The position numbers and the translations under genes were made by a program. Under the pieces are notes generated by a model. It saw only the letters and a program-made list of their open reading frames with translations. It made no database searches and was not told the DNA's origin. From Eledone cirrhosa (lineage: Eukaryota), in the NCBI GenBank assembly GCA_964016885.1, contig OZ024749.1, positions 9,610,001 through 9,674,000 of the forward strand: 64,000 nucleotides of DNA. Reading direction: 5' to 3'. Within the stretch, counting starts at the first letter, position 1; each line of letters begins with the position of its first letter. Shown here piece by piece: positions 54,147 through 64,000 of this stretch.

Positions 54147-55418
54147 CCAAACATGGAAGCACGGCCTAGAATCAAAAGGACTTAAAATTAACCTGGCTAA
54201 GACCAAAGTTCTAGTTTGTAGGAAAGAAAACAAGGCGGCGGTCCCTTCTGGGAAATGGTCGTGCTCGGTATGTAGGAAAGGCGTAGGTAGAAACTCCATC
54301 TTATGTCCTAAATGCAAAGTATGGGTGCATAAAAGATGTAGTGGGATCACAGGTAAGCTAACTAAGAACATAGACTTTACATGTGGCCGGTGTTCTGGTG
54401 CAATAAGTAGCAGCAAGTGCCCACAAAATACTAGCTCTTTCAATTGCGCAGAGGGTTCTATAGAAATAGTGGACAGCTTCCGTTACCTGGGCGATAAAAT
54501 CAGCAGTGGGGGAGGGTGCTCTGAAAGTACTGTAGCTAGAGTCAGAACTGGTTGGAAAAAGTTCAGAGAGCTTATACCACTATTAGCTGCTAAAGGGTTC
54601 TCCCTAAAAATGAAAGGCAGGTTGTACGATGCCTGCATACGAACAGCAATGTTGCATGGTAGTGAGACCTGGGCATTGTGTGCAGAGGATATACGCAGAC
54701 TAGAGAGGAACGAAGCTTGCATGCTCCGCTGGATGTGTAACAGTAATATACGTGAACGGCAAAGCATAAACGAACTAAGGAAAAAATTAGAGATAAGAGG
54801 GATCAGATGTTGTTTACTCGAGAGAAGGCTGCGTTGGTATGGACACGTGATGCGCATGAAAGTCGATAGCTGTATTACAAAGTGCAGGGCAATAAAGATA
54901 GACGGTAGCCACGGAATAGGCAGACCTAGAAAAACATGGGATGAGCTGATAAACTCCGACCTCACACACTTACACCTCTCCAAGACAATGTCACTGGACC
55001 GTGACCTTTGGCGGTACTCAGTAACAGAGAAGACCCGCCTTGCCAGTAGGCATCTCTAACAAACTACACCCCGTCCCGCCACCACCCCCACCCCATCCAC
55101 ACCACCCCGTTCTATGTAAAGTTATGTTGGTGCCGCGCCATCCAGGCCGAAACAAATGAGATCGTGTAGGTGTCACGACAAAAAACACACAGTCCACGCT
55201 GTAATGTGGCCGTGTAGGCAACACGGTAAAAACCTCCCAGACCCACACTGTAAATGTGGTTGGTGTTAGGAAGGGCATCCAACTGTAGAAAACCTGCCAG
55301 ACAGTCCTATGCGAGCAAGACAATCACTCTTGCCTCAAGTGGGACTACCCCCGTCCAAACCCATGCAAGCGTGGAACACGGACGTTAAACGTTGATGATG
55401 ATGATGATGATGATGATG

Positions 55419-55420
<2 letters not shown>
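54145..55420 (+). mobile_element. RTE family A LINE, 5'-truncated, frame open through the RT C-terminus
   Basis: GLKINLAKTK, PHD-like finger, [13 protein letters not shown]; (GAT)n tail; (TA)n on both sides. Confidence 0.93.
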
Positions 55421-55449
<29 letters not shown>

Positions 55450-55682
55450 ATTTAAGTATCGAGAGAGAGAAGGAGGGATAGGTGATACATGTAGTTATTT
55501 GCTAAATAGCGTACGCAGAGGGTACTCAATACTAGTGCCGGCAGTGTTAAATATTAGAAGTGTTAATATCTAGTAGGCGAGAGAATTAGCAGAGCGGAAG
55601 CACGTGGAGAAGTAAATAAAGGAGAACAAACTGTTAAAACATGTTCATTTAAAATAGCACCTATTTATAAATATATATAACA

Positions 55683-56101
55683 CAGTCATACAGAAGACCC
55701 GCCTTGCCTAAGTACAAAGCGAAACCTACAGTCAGTAAGCACCTCTAACAAAATACACCCCCGTCCCACTACCCCCCCCCCCCCCATCCACACCCCCACA
55801 CCCTTAAATGTGAAGTTATGTTGGTACCACAACATCCAGTCCGAAACAAATGAGGTTGTGTAGGTGTCACAAGAAAAAACACACAGTCCACGCTGTAATG
55901 TGGCCGTGTAGGTAACACGGTAAAAACCTCCCAGTCCACACTGTAAACGTGGTTGGTGTTAGGAAGGGCATCCAGCTGTAGAAAACCCGCCAGACAGTCC
56001 TATATGAGCAGGACAACCAATCTTGCCTCAAGTGGGAAAACTCCCGTCCAAACCCATGCAAGTGTGGAAGATGGACGTTAAACGATGATGATGATGATGA
56101 T
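55683..56101 (+). mobile_element. RTE family A 3' end and UTR
   Basis: Matches 1405-1820. Confidence 0.9.
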
Positions 56102-56541
56102 ATATATATCAGAGTCCACCTGGTTGTGATGGGGCCGACAGCTTTGTTTGAATTTAATGTATCCTAGGAAGGATGGTTGCAGAGAGAATCGGAAGTGTCA
56201 AGACTAGTAATAGGTAGTAACTTAACCACTCCCACACTAGTCGATACATCAATCTACTCTCTAAAACCATTGTAAAACGATGAACTAACTCTCTACCTAT
56301 ACCTGACTTCTGTTTTTATTGTTCAAACACACACATACACACATACATATATATAAATATATATATATATTAGATCTATAAAAACAAATTGTAAAATCAT
56401 AATATTATAAAATTAAATTAAATTGTTTAGAACAAGTGAAGTCATTCTTTTCTTTTTTTAAATATACCTAACTGTACCAAGGATTTCACACATTTTCCAA
56501 TATATATATATATATATAACCAAAAGTTTAACAAGTTTAAC

Positions 56542-56609
56542 ATATTTTATCTGATGAGGACATACTGATGAAATAGCTCAGTACCTCTGAAATATGTATA
56601 ATAAAATAT
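56542..56609 (+). ncRNA. Type I hammerhead-like motif with 9-bp stem I
   Basis: atattttat-CTGATGA-gg..tactga/tcagta..cctct-GAAA-tatgta-TA-ataaaatat; inverted paralog at 57644-57710; mutated paralog at 61412-61472. Confidence 0.62.
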
Positions 56610-56654
56610 ATTTGATCACATGAATGTCTATAATATTTTGAAGTAATATATATA

Positions 56655-56978
56655 TATCATCATTTCATTTTACGTCTGCTTTTCCCTGTTTGCAAGGGTG
56701 GGACGGGAACAGATTCTGGCTTGATTTCTACAGCTGGATGCCCTTCCTAACACCAACCTCATTTACAGTGAGTGCTGGGTGCTTTTTTGCCGTGGCACCT
56801 CCACGACCACTTTGCAGTTGAATGATAGGGACCCCAGTCCCTATCATCTCATTTCTACAGCTGAGGAAACTGGAGCAATGTGAAATAAAGTGTCTTGCTC
56901 AAGGAAACAACACATCACCCAGTCTGAGAATTGAACTCAGAACCTTTCGATTGCAAGGCCAATGCTCTAACCACTGAT
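56655..56978 (-). mobile_element. SINE family 2
   Basis: Near-identical to 4235-4580. Confidence 0.88.
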
Positions 56979-56980
56979 CC

Positions 56981-57018
<38 letters not shown>

Positions 57019-57566
57019 GAAAATGTGTGAGATCTTTGGTACAGTTAGGTATATTTGAAAAACAGGGGAAAAGAATGACTTCACTTGTAGTGTTAAAAAA
57101 TGTTTGATTTAATTTCATATTATAATATTATGTGTTGGTAGATACAGTAAGTTCTTTGTTGACTTCAGTGGGAAGAATTTTAGAGATTCCTGGTTAACTT
57201 GAGTTGGAGAACTTTTTCACATTCGTCTGTCTGTGGCGATTGCCAAACTGAGATCAGGTTGTGTTGTGATGTGTGACTATATATAAGAGAGATTTGGATG
57301 TGTCTGGGGTATGGCGTGTGGTGTTGATGATGATGAAAATATATACATACATATGTATATATATATATATATTTCCTGTCAGCATGACTTGGCAAGCTAT
57401 TTAGAACACTGGTTTAACCGCTTTACTTCCCTCCGAAGAAGAGATATTATCTCAAAAATTAAGAACATTTAAATAAATCTAAGGTAAAAGACAATATCTG
57501 TCAACAATATCTTTTGCATTTGCATTCTTTATTCTATGTCCATACCTGCATTGTTTTGGCTTTATT

Positions 57567-57603
<37 letters not shown>

Positions 57604-57643
57604 TTCAAAATATTAACAAAATAGATATTCTTGTGATCAAGTA

Positions 57644-57710
57644 TATTTTATTATACATATTTCAGAGGTACTGAGTTAAGTTCAACAGTACGTCCTCATC
57701 AGATAAAATA
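57644..57710 (-). ncRNA. Type I hammerhead-like motif
   Basis: tattttat-CTGATGA-ggac-gtactg..cagtac-ctct-GAAA-tatgta-TA-ataaaata. Confidence 0.62.
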
Positions 57711-57965
57711 AGATGATGCATGACATACCCTGACATAGTAGATGGTTAAGATTCAGTCATGGTAGTGAGTAATATATGACAAAACTCAATATTTATACAC
57801 CTTAATATTGAAAACATGAAAAAAAAAACTTCATATAATACATAAAATAGAGAAGATGCGGGTGAGAAAGCTTAAAAAATACGTGGCACCAATATATATA
57901 TGCATTCCTCTCTCTCTCTCTCTCTATTATATTCTGACATTTTAATATTCTCTATTCCCCACCAG

Positions 57966-58089
57966 TTCTAACAACCAAGGCAGATGTGGATGTTAAGAAA
58001 GACCAACAATATCGATGTCAACAACATTTTGAAAAATTCAAACATAATTTTGTCGAAGGTTTTACCCTAACCTTCACACAGAATGTATG
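57966..58089 (+). CDS. Candidate internal exon (xLTTKADVDVKKDQQYRCQQHFEKFKHNFVEGFTLTFTQNV)
   Basis: ttctctattccccaccag acceptor; open frame starting in phase 1; donor gtaagg at 58090 (or gtatgg at 58085). Confidence 0.6.
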
Positions 58090-58399
58090 GTAAGGCCACA
58101 TATTTCTCCTCCTTCTTTTAACATTTTAACATTTAAGTTTCTATATTCATAATTTTCATACAAAGTTAACATTTTTGTAAAACATCAATGAAATATGGAT
58201 TTGAAATATTTCAAATATAATTCTTTGGCTTGTTTTGTTTTGTTTTTGATTCTGTTTTTGTTGTTTTTTGTAAAACAATTTTTAAATTTGATAAAAGTAT
58301 GTTTTTTTTTAGTCAATTCTGATTTTTTTTTGGGGGGGGGGGGGTAAGATCCATAATCCTGAGTATTATATATCAGTCATTGAAAAATCAACAATAATA

Positions 58400-58810
58400 A
58401 CACCATCATCATCATGGACATTATTGTCATCAATTGATATCAACACCACCACCACCACCATCATTGTCATCATCACCACCAGAATCATCATTTACATCAT
58501 CATCATCATCACCACCACCACCACCATCATCATCATCATTGACATCTTTTACATCATCATCATCATCATTGTCCTCAGTTGTCCTCCTTCATCGTTTCCT
58601 CCTCCTTATCATCATCATCATCATCCTCTTGACGTCATTCTTGTCATTGTCATCAACATCGCCATTGTTGTTGTCATTGTCATCATTGTCATCATCGTCA
58701 TCATCACTATCATCCTCATCATTATCATCATCATTACTATCATCCTCATCATTATCATCATCATCCCTATTATCATCATCATCATCACCATTATCATCAT
58801 CATAATCACA
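58400..58810. repeat. (CAT)n low-complexity tract
   Basis: Direct observation. Confidence 0.85.
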
Positions 58811-58849
58811 AGTGATTAAAATAACATACAATATGCTAATGTTGCTGGT

Positions 58850-59563
58850 TGAAAGAGAGAGAGAGGAGGGGAAGGAGGGATGTAACATTGTACTGAAAGA
58901 GAGAGAGAGGAGAAGGGATGTAACATTGTACTGAAAGGGAGAGAGAAGGGATGTAACATTGTACTGAAAGAGAGAGAGAGGAGAAGGGATGTAACATTGT
59001 ACTAAAAGAAAGAGAGGAGGGGAAGGAGGGATGTAACATTGTACTGAAACAGAGAGGAGAAGGGATGTAACATTGTACTAAAAGAGAGAGAGGAGGGGAA
59101 GGAGGGATGTAACATTGTACTGAAACAGAGGAGAAGGGATGTAACATTGTTCTGAAAGAGAGAGAGAGGAGGGGAAGGAGGGATGTAACATTGTACTAAA
59201 AGAGAGAGAAGGAAAGGGATGTAACATTGTACTAAAAGAGAGAGAGGAGAAGAGATGTAACATTGTACTGAAACAGAGAGGAGAAGGGATGTAACATTGT
59301 TCTGAAAGAGAGAGAAGGAAAGGGATGTAACATTGTACTAAAAGAAAGAGAGGAGAAGAGATGTAACATTGTACTGAAACAGAGAGGAGAAGGGATGTAA
59401 CATTGTTCTGAAAGAGAGAGAGGAGGGGAAGGAGGGATGTAACATTGTACTAAAAGAGAGAGGGGAGAAGGGATGTAACATTGTACTAAAAGAGAGAGAG
59501 GAGAAGGGATGTAACATTGTACTAAAAGAGAGAGGGGAGAAGGGATGTAACATTGTACTAAAA
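58850..59563. repeat. Minisatellite (~19 units, ~32-44 bp): gatgtaacattgtact core plus variable (GA)-rich linker
   Basis: Direct observation. Confidence 0.9.
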
Positions 59564-60627
59564 GCTCATAATTGAATTTCTATTCAAAAGATGTTTTTAT
59601 TTACAATATCCAACTTAAGAATGTTTTATTTGTTTTGTTTTGCTTTTTACAGAATTTCTATATTTTTTTTTTTTTTGTACATTTTTACTATAATTATTTT
59701 ATATTTGCAGTATATTTTTTTTATATTCTTTTAATATTTATCTTTTTTCATAATTATTATTTTTATATTTATTTTTACCTATAAATGGAATTCTACATTT
59801 CATAATACTCAACAATTGCTATTCAAGGAAATATTTTGACTAGAAATAGTGTCTAAAAAGAAATAATTCTTTCTTTACATTTTGTTGTTGATTTTTGTTT
59901 GTTTGTTATTTGTGTTGTTTTGTTTTTTGCGTTGTTTATTGTTTTGTTTGTTTGTTTTGTGGGGTGGGATTGAGGGGGGGGCATTAATATCTTTGTAGGG
60001 TTTTTTTCTTTGTGAATTTTCTTTTTTTTCTTCTTAGAACTATTATGATTACCTTGTTATCTACAGTGGAATCAAACTATAAATATTAGATGTTTTGTTG
60101 CTGAAGAATTATCTAAAATTATCCCCCCTTCTTTTTTCATTTTTAAAAGCTAATAATTGGGGAAACATTTTTTCTTGGAAAACATTGTCATGTCTTTCTA
60201 CAGAATCCATATTTTCAATTTGATTTTAAAAAAGAAGTCGGAATTGGGTGAACCATAGACTCACTTACTGTGTTTTGATAGTTTCCTTTCATAAATAAAT
60301 GTGTGCGTGAGTGTGCGCATATATGTATGTGCATATGTGTGTACATATATATATGTTTGTGTGTGTGTAGCAAATAAGAATATGCTTTTCTAGGTATTCA
60401 GTGTTTCATAATGGATTTAGATTAAATCGTAGCAGATTAATATATATATATTATATAAATATATATATATACTGGATAGCATGTAATCGTTCTAGGTAGT
60501 CCAGTTAGAGTACTCCGTGTAGTGGATGATATTAACGTATGGCTTAGTTTGACTCAACAAGACGTTTCCATAGTGATGCTGCGAGTACGCGGTGATTTCT
60601 ATGTAGTTTATACTTGGAGTAATAACA

Positions 60628-61260
60628 ATTCAAGAAAGAAGAGTGACATGGTTCGCTATACAATAAAGGCTTTATTCACATTGCTGACAATTGTTTCTTT
60701 GATCTGGAAGGTCTAGAGATCGCTACTCGCTTGATGCTGCTTCAATCGATCTCCAATACTTTGTTTATAACCAGTCGTTTCATCAGAGCACGCGAAAGTG
60801 AGGAAGATACTCCAGGCATGGCTTTTATAGAGGAGTGGTATTAAACCAGAACAATAATATCAATAATAAAATAACTAGATACTGAATAGTTAGACTAATA
60901 ACATCAATATAAGTAGGAATAGAGTATAATGATAAATCTAGCATATTAAATGAACTGATATAATACAGATGTATGAAATTGACATGTGACAACTGCTATA
61001 GGGTACATTAGATTTAGTATTAAGGTGGTGAAGAGATAACTGATAAAATGTACTTGGAGTCAGGATTTAGGAGTAATTATGAGGTATATACGTGTGCTGT
61101 AGGTCTAAAAGCACACGTATATACCTCACGTGTGCTTTTAGATATCGATTGAAGCAGCATCAAGTGAGTAGCGAATTCTAGACCTACCAGATCAAAGAAA
61201 CAATTGTCAGCAATGTGAATAAAGCCCTTATTGTATAGCCAACCATGTCACTCCTCTTTC

Positions 61261-61265
<5 letters not shown>
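60628..61265. mobile_element. Penelope-like inverted terminal-repeat structure (~120-bp arms at 60628-60750 and 61144-61265) with hammerhead-like motif at 60682-60790 (-)
   Basis: Arms are reverse complements; - strand reads tgct-CTGATGA...GAAA-caattg-TC-agca followed by AATAAA. Confidence 0.65.
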
Positions 61266-61335
<70 letters not shown>

Positions 61336-61511
61336 CAAAAGGGATCCAGGAAAAAATTGAACCATTAAGTTCTTCTTCCTGGTTATGTCAATATTTATAA
61401 AATAATCTTTGTATTTTATCTGATGAGAGCGTACCAAAGTGTTGGTACCCTTCAAATATATATAATAGAATAAATATGGTTTTATAAATATAGTTTCCAT
61501 TTATTTAATAT

Positions 61512-61592
<81 letters not shown>

Positions 61593-61800
61593 TTAGTTAA
61601 GCAAAACAAGACCACAAATTTCACAAAGAAGACATTATTAAAAGATTGTCAACATATTTTAGTTTGATGTAAGGAATGTAGAGAATAATAATAATAATAT
61701 TGCACATTGAGCACATGCCTTTACGCTTTGGCTTCTAACTAATTCACCAATCTCTCCTCTCCTATCTCCATCTCTCTCTTTAAGATTGGTTACTCTTGAA

Positions 61801-61843
<43 letters not shown>

Positions 61844-61942
61844 ATAAAGAATGATGTGGTCATGTATAGAGATGCTATAAAATAGCTTATAAAATAGGAT
61901 GAAGACCCTTAACAGAAAAAGAAGTTGCTATCAGTCACTATG

Positions 61943-61978
<36 letters not shown>

Positions 61979-62133
61979 TATATATGTGTATGTGTGTATA
62001 TATATATATTGTTATACTTTGGGAGGGTCATGTTGCCAATAAGAAACACATGCACCAGTTGCTTTCACTTCAATTTATTATAATAAATTTATAAATTTAG
62101 TTGGTTCCACAACCAGATGGTTGTTTATATATT

Positions 62134-62176
62134 GTCAAAGTTCTTTCGTCACACATTCTGTGACCTCTTCAGTGAC
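62134..62176 (-). ncRNA. Type I hammerhead-like motif
   Basis: gtca-CTGAAGA-g-gtcaca-gaatg-tgtgac-GAAA-gaac-TT-tgac. Confidence 0.65.
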
Positions 62177-63060
62177 TGGGGATTCCTTTCTTTGTTTTTG
62201 TGCTTCTCCTTTGTTCTGTCCTACGCCATTTTGTTTCTGTGTGTGTGTTGTGTGCTCAGTCTGCGCATGCGCCACATCCGGGTGTCTGTGTGTGTTTATA
62301 TTCGTTTATTTATTTGTTTACTTACATGTTACAGGTTGGTTGTTTGTTCTATGTGCGTGTGTGTTTTCATTTTGTCCTTAATTGTAAGTTGTGATGTTGC
62401 TGTTCCACTCATGTTTTCTATTTAATTTTGGTTGTAATTCTTTTATGTTTATTGCCTCTGTGATTTGTCTAAACATTGCGTCTTTTCTGTGTGTGGATTC
62501 TATTTTTATTTCTATGTTCTCTAATTTAGAACATAATTTTATTCTAATTTTTATTTCTATGTTCTCTAATATAGAACATAAGGGTAAATTATTCTGTTTT
62601 CAGCATCATCATCATCATCGTCATTATCATCATCAACAACAACAACAACATCGTCATCATCATTATCATCACCATCATCATCACCATTGTCATCATCATC
62701 ATCATCATCATACATCTGTTTCCCCATACTCTCGTGGGTTTGATAGGTTACTACAACTCAACACTGCTCAGAGAATCATGTCTTGCTCCAGTCTTCTCAA
62801 TTCTACAGTTGTACACCCTTCCTAATTACTTGTGTGTCTCTCTATGTGTGTATATCTGGGTGTGTATATATATATATATATTGTTATACTTTGGGAGGGT
62901 CATGTTGCCAATAAGAAACACACGCACCAGTTGCTTTCACTTCAATTTATTATAATAAATTTATAATAAATTTATAAATTTCTGGTTGGTTGGTTGGTTG
63001 CCTCTCCTTTGTTCAGGACAGAACAAAGGAGAGGCACAGAAACAAAGAAAGGAATCCCCA

Positions 63061-63105
63061 GTCACTGAAGAGGTCACAGAGTGTGTGTGACGAAAGAACT
63101 ATGAC
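63061..63105 (+). ncRNA. Type I hammerhead-like motif
   Basis: gtca-CTGAAGA-g-gtcaca-gagtgtg-tgtgac-GAAA-gaac-TA-tgac. Confidence 0.68.
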
Positions 63106-63318
63106 AATATATAAACAACTATCTGGTTGTGGAACCAACCAACCAACCAGAAATTTATAAATTTATAAATTTATTATAAATTTATTATAATAAATTGAAG
63201 TGAAAGCAACTGGTGCGTGTGTTTCTTATTGGCAACATTACCCTCCCAAAGTATAACAATATCGGTTTCAACACACGATTTCAGATAAAGAATCTTGCTA
63301 AACAAATTCAGAAACGAA

Positions 63319-63382
<64 letters not shown>

Positions 63383-63629
63383 TATATTATCTTCCTTTTA
63401 CTTTTTTATTATGTTTTAACCATTGTTTGTATTTTTTTATTTTGTGTGCCATCAATTGTATCTGCATCTTGTGAGATCTGCTTGTGCCCTAGCATTTAGC
63501 TTAACAACCCCAGCATGTACTCTCTCCTTATTCGCCATCTCCGATCTCCCTATCTTTACCCTCTATTGTATTCCGATTGTTCGTGTGACTAAGCTTGGTA
63601 GAGCTTATACTCAGCACTGTGTTTATTAA

Positions 63630-63670
63630 GCTCTGATGATTCCCAACGGTATGGATGAAACATTGTAAGC
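63630..63670 (+). ncRNA. Minimal type I hammerhead-like motif
   Basis: gct-CTGATGA-ttcc-caacggtat-ggat-GAAA-cattg-TA-agc followed by AATAAA. Confidence 0.6.
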
Positions 63671-63713
63671 AAATAAAAACTGTTTGAGTATGTAAGCGTT
63701 CTTTGGTTTCTTT

Positions 63714-63760
<47 letters not shown>

Positions 63761-63807
63761 ATGTGTGTGTGTGTGTGTGTGTATGTCTCTGTTTGTGGGT
63801 ATATACA

Positions 63808-63844
<37 letters not shown>

Positions 63845-64000
63845 TTATATGTCTTTGTGTGCATATATGTGTGTGTGTCTGTACACCATTATACCATTCT
63901 TTTGCCTCTTTATCTCTCCTACTTTTTGCCTGCTACTCTGTTCAGTATGTATACTCCTCCTTCCACCTATATATTAATTCTCTCTTTCCTTTCTCATTTA

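Larger units (their letters stand above)
62009..63310. mobile_element. Inverted and direct copies of a hammerhead-bearing repeat (62009-62222, 62881-62990, 63015-63310)
   Basis: 62009-62222 is the reverse complement of 63015-63260; related pieces at 230-282, 703-741, 27715-27810, 49345-49390 and 52600-52750. Confidence 0.75.

Overview
This is AT-rich, repeat-saturated animal DNA, not prokaryotic. The SINE/LINE/microsatellite make-up suggests a cephalopod (Octopus-like) genome, which is an inference. There is no intact host ORF. Nearly all ORFs in the track are microsatellite read-through or retroelement relics. Three short, splice-phase-compatible + strand candidate exons (7673-7736, 33368-33434, 57966-~58089) suggest the window is mostly giant introns of one unidentified gene. 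The introns contain RTE-clade LINE fragments with a PHD-type finger inside the RT, R4/Dong-like, CRE-like and CR1/L2-like LINE relics, and a Penelope GIY-YIG relic. They also hold two tRNA-type SINE families, two non-autonomous Helitrons, piggyBac- and hAT-type MITEs, and several kb-scale tandem arrays. Three observations stand out. (1) About a dozen minimal hammerhead-ribozyme motifs occur in Penelope-like terminal repeats, often as inverted pairs, with covarying stems. (2) Five independent tandem arrays were each amplified in place from a piece of a retroposon. (3) A (TA)n-embedded element family ends in a long palindrome whose two arms change in concert. Coordinates and copy numbers were read by eye and are approximate.
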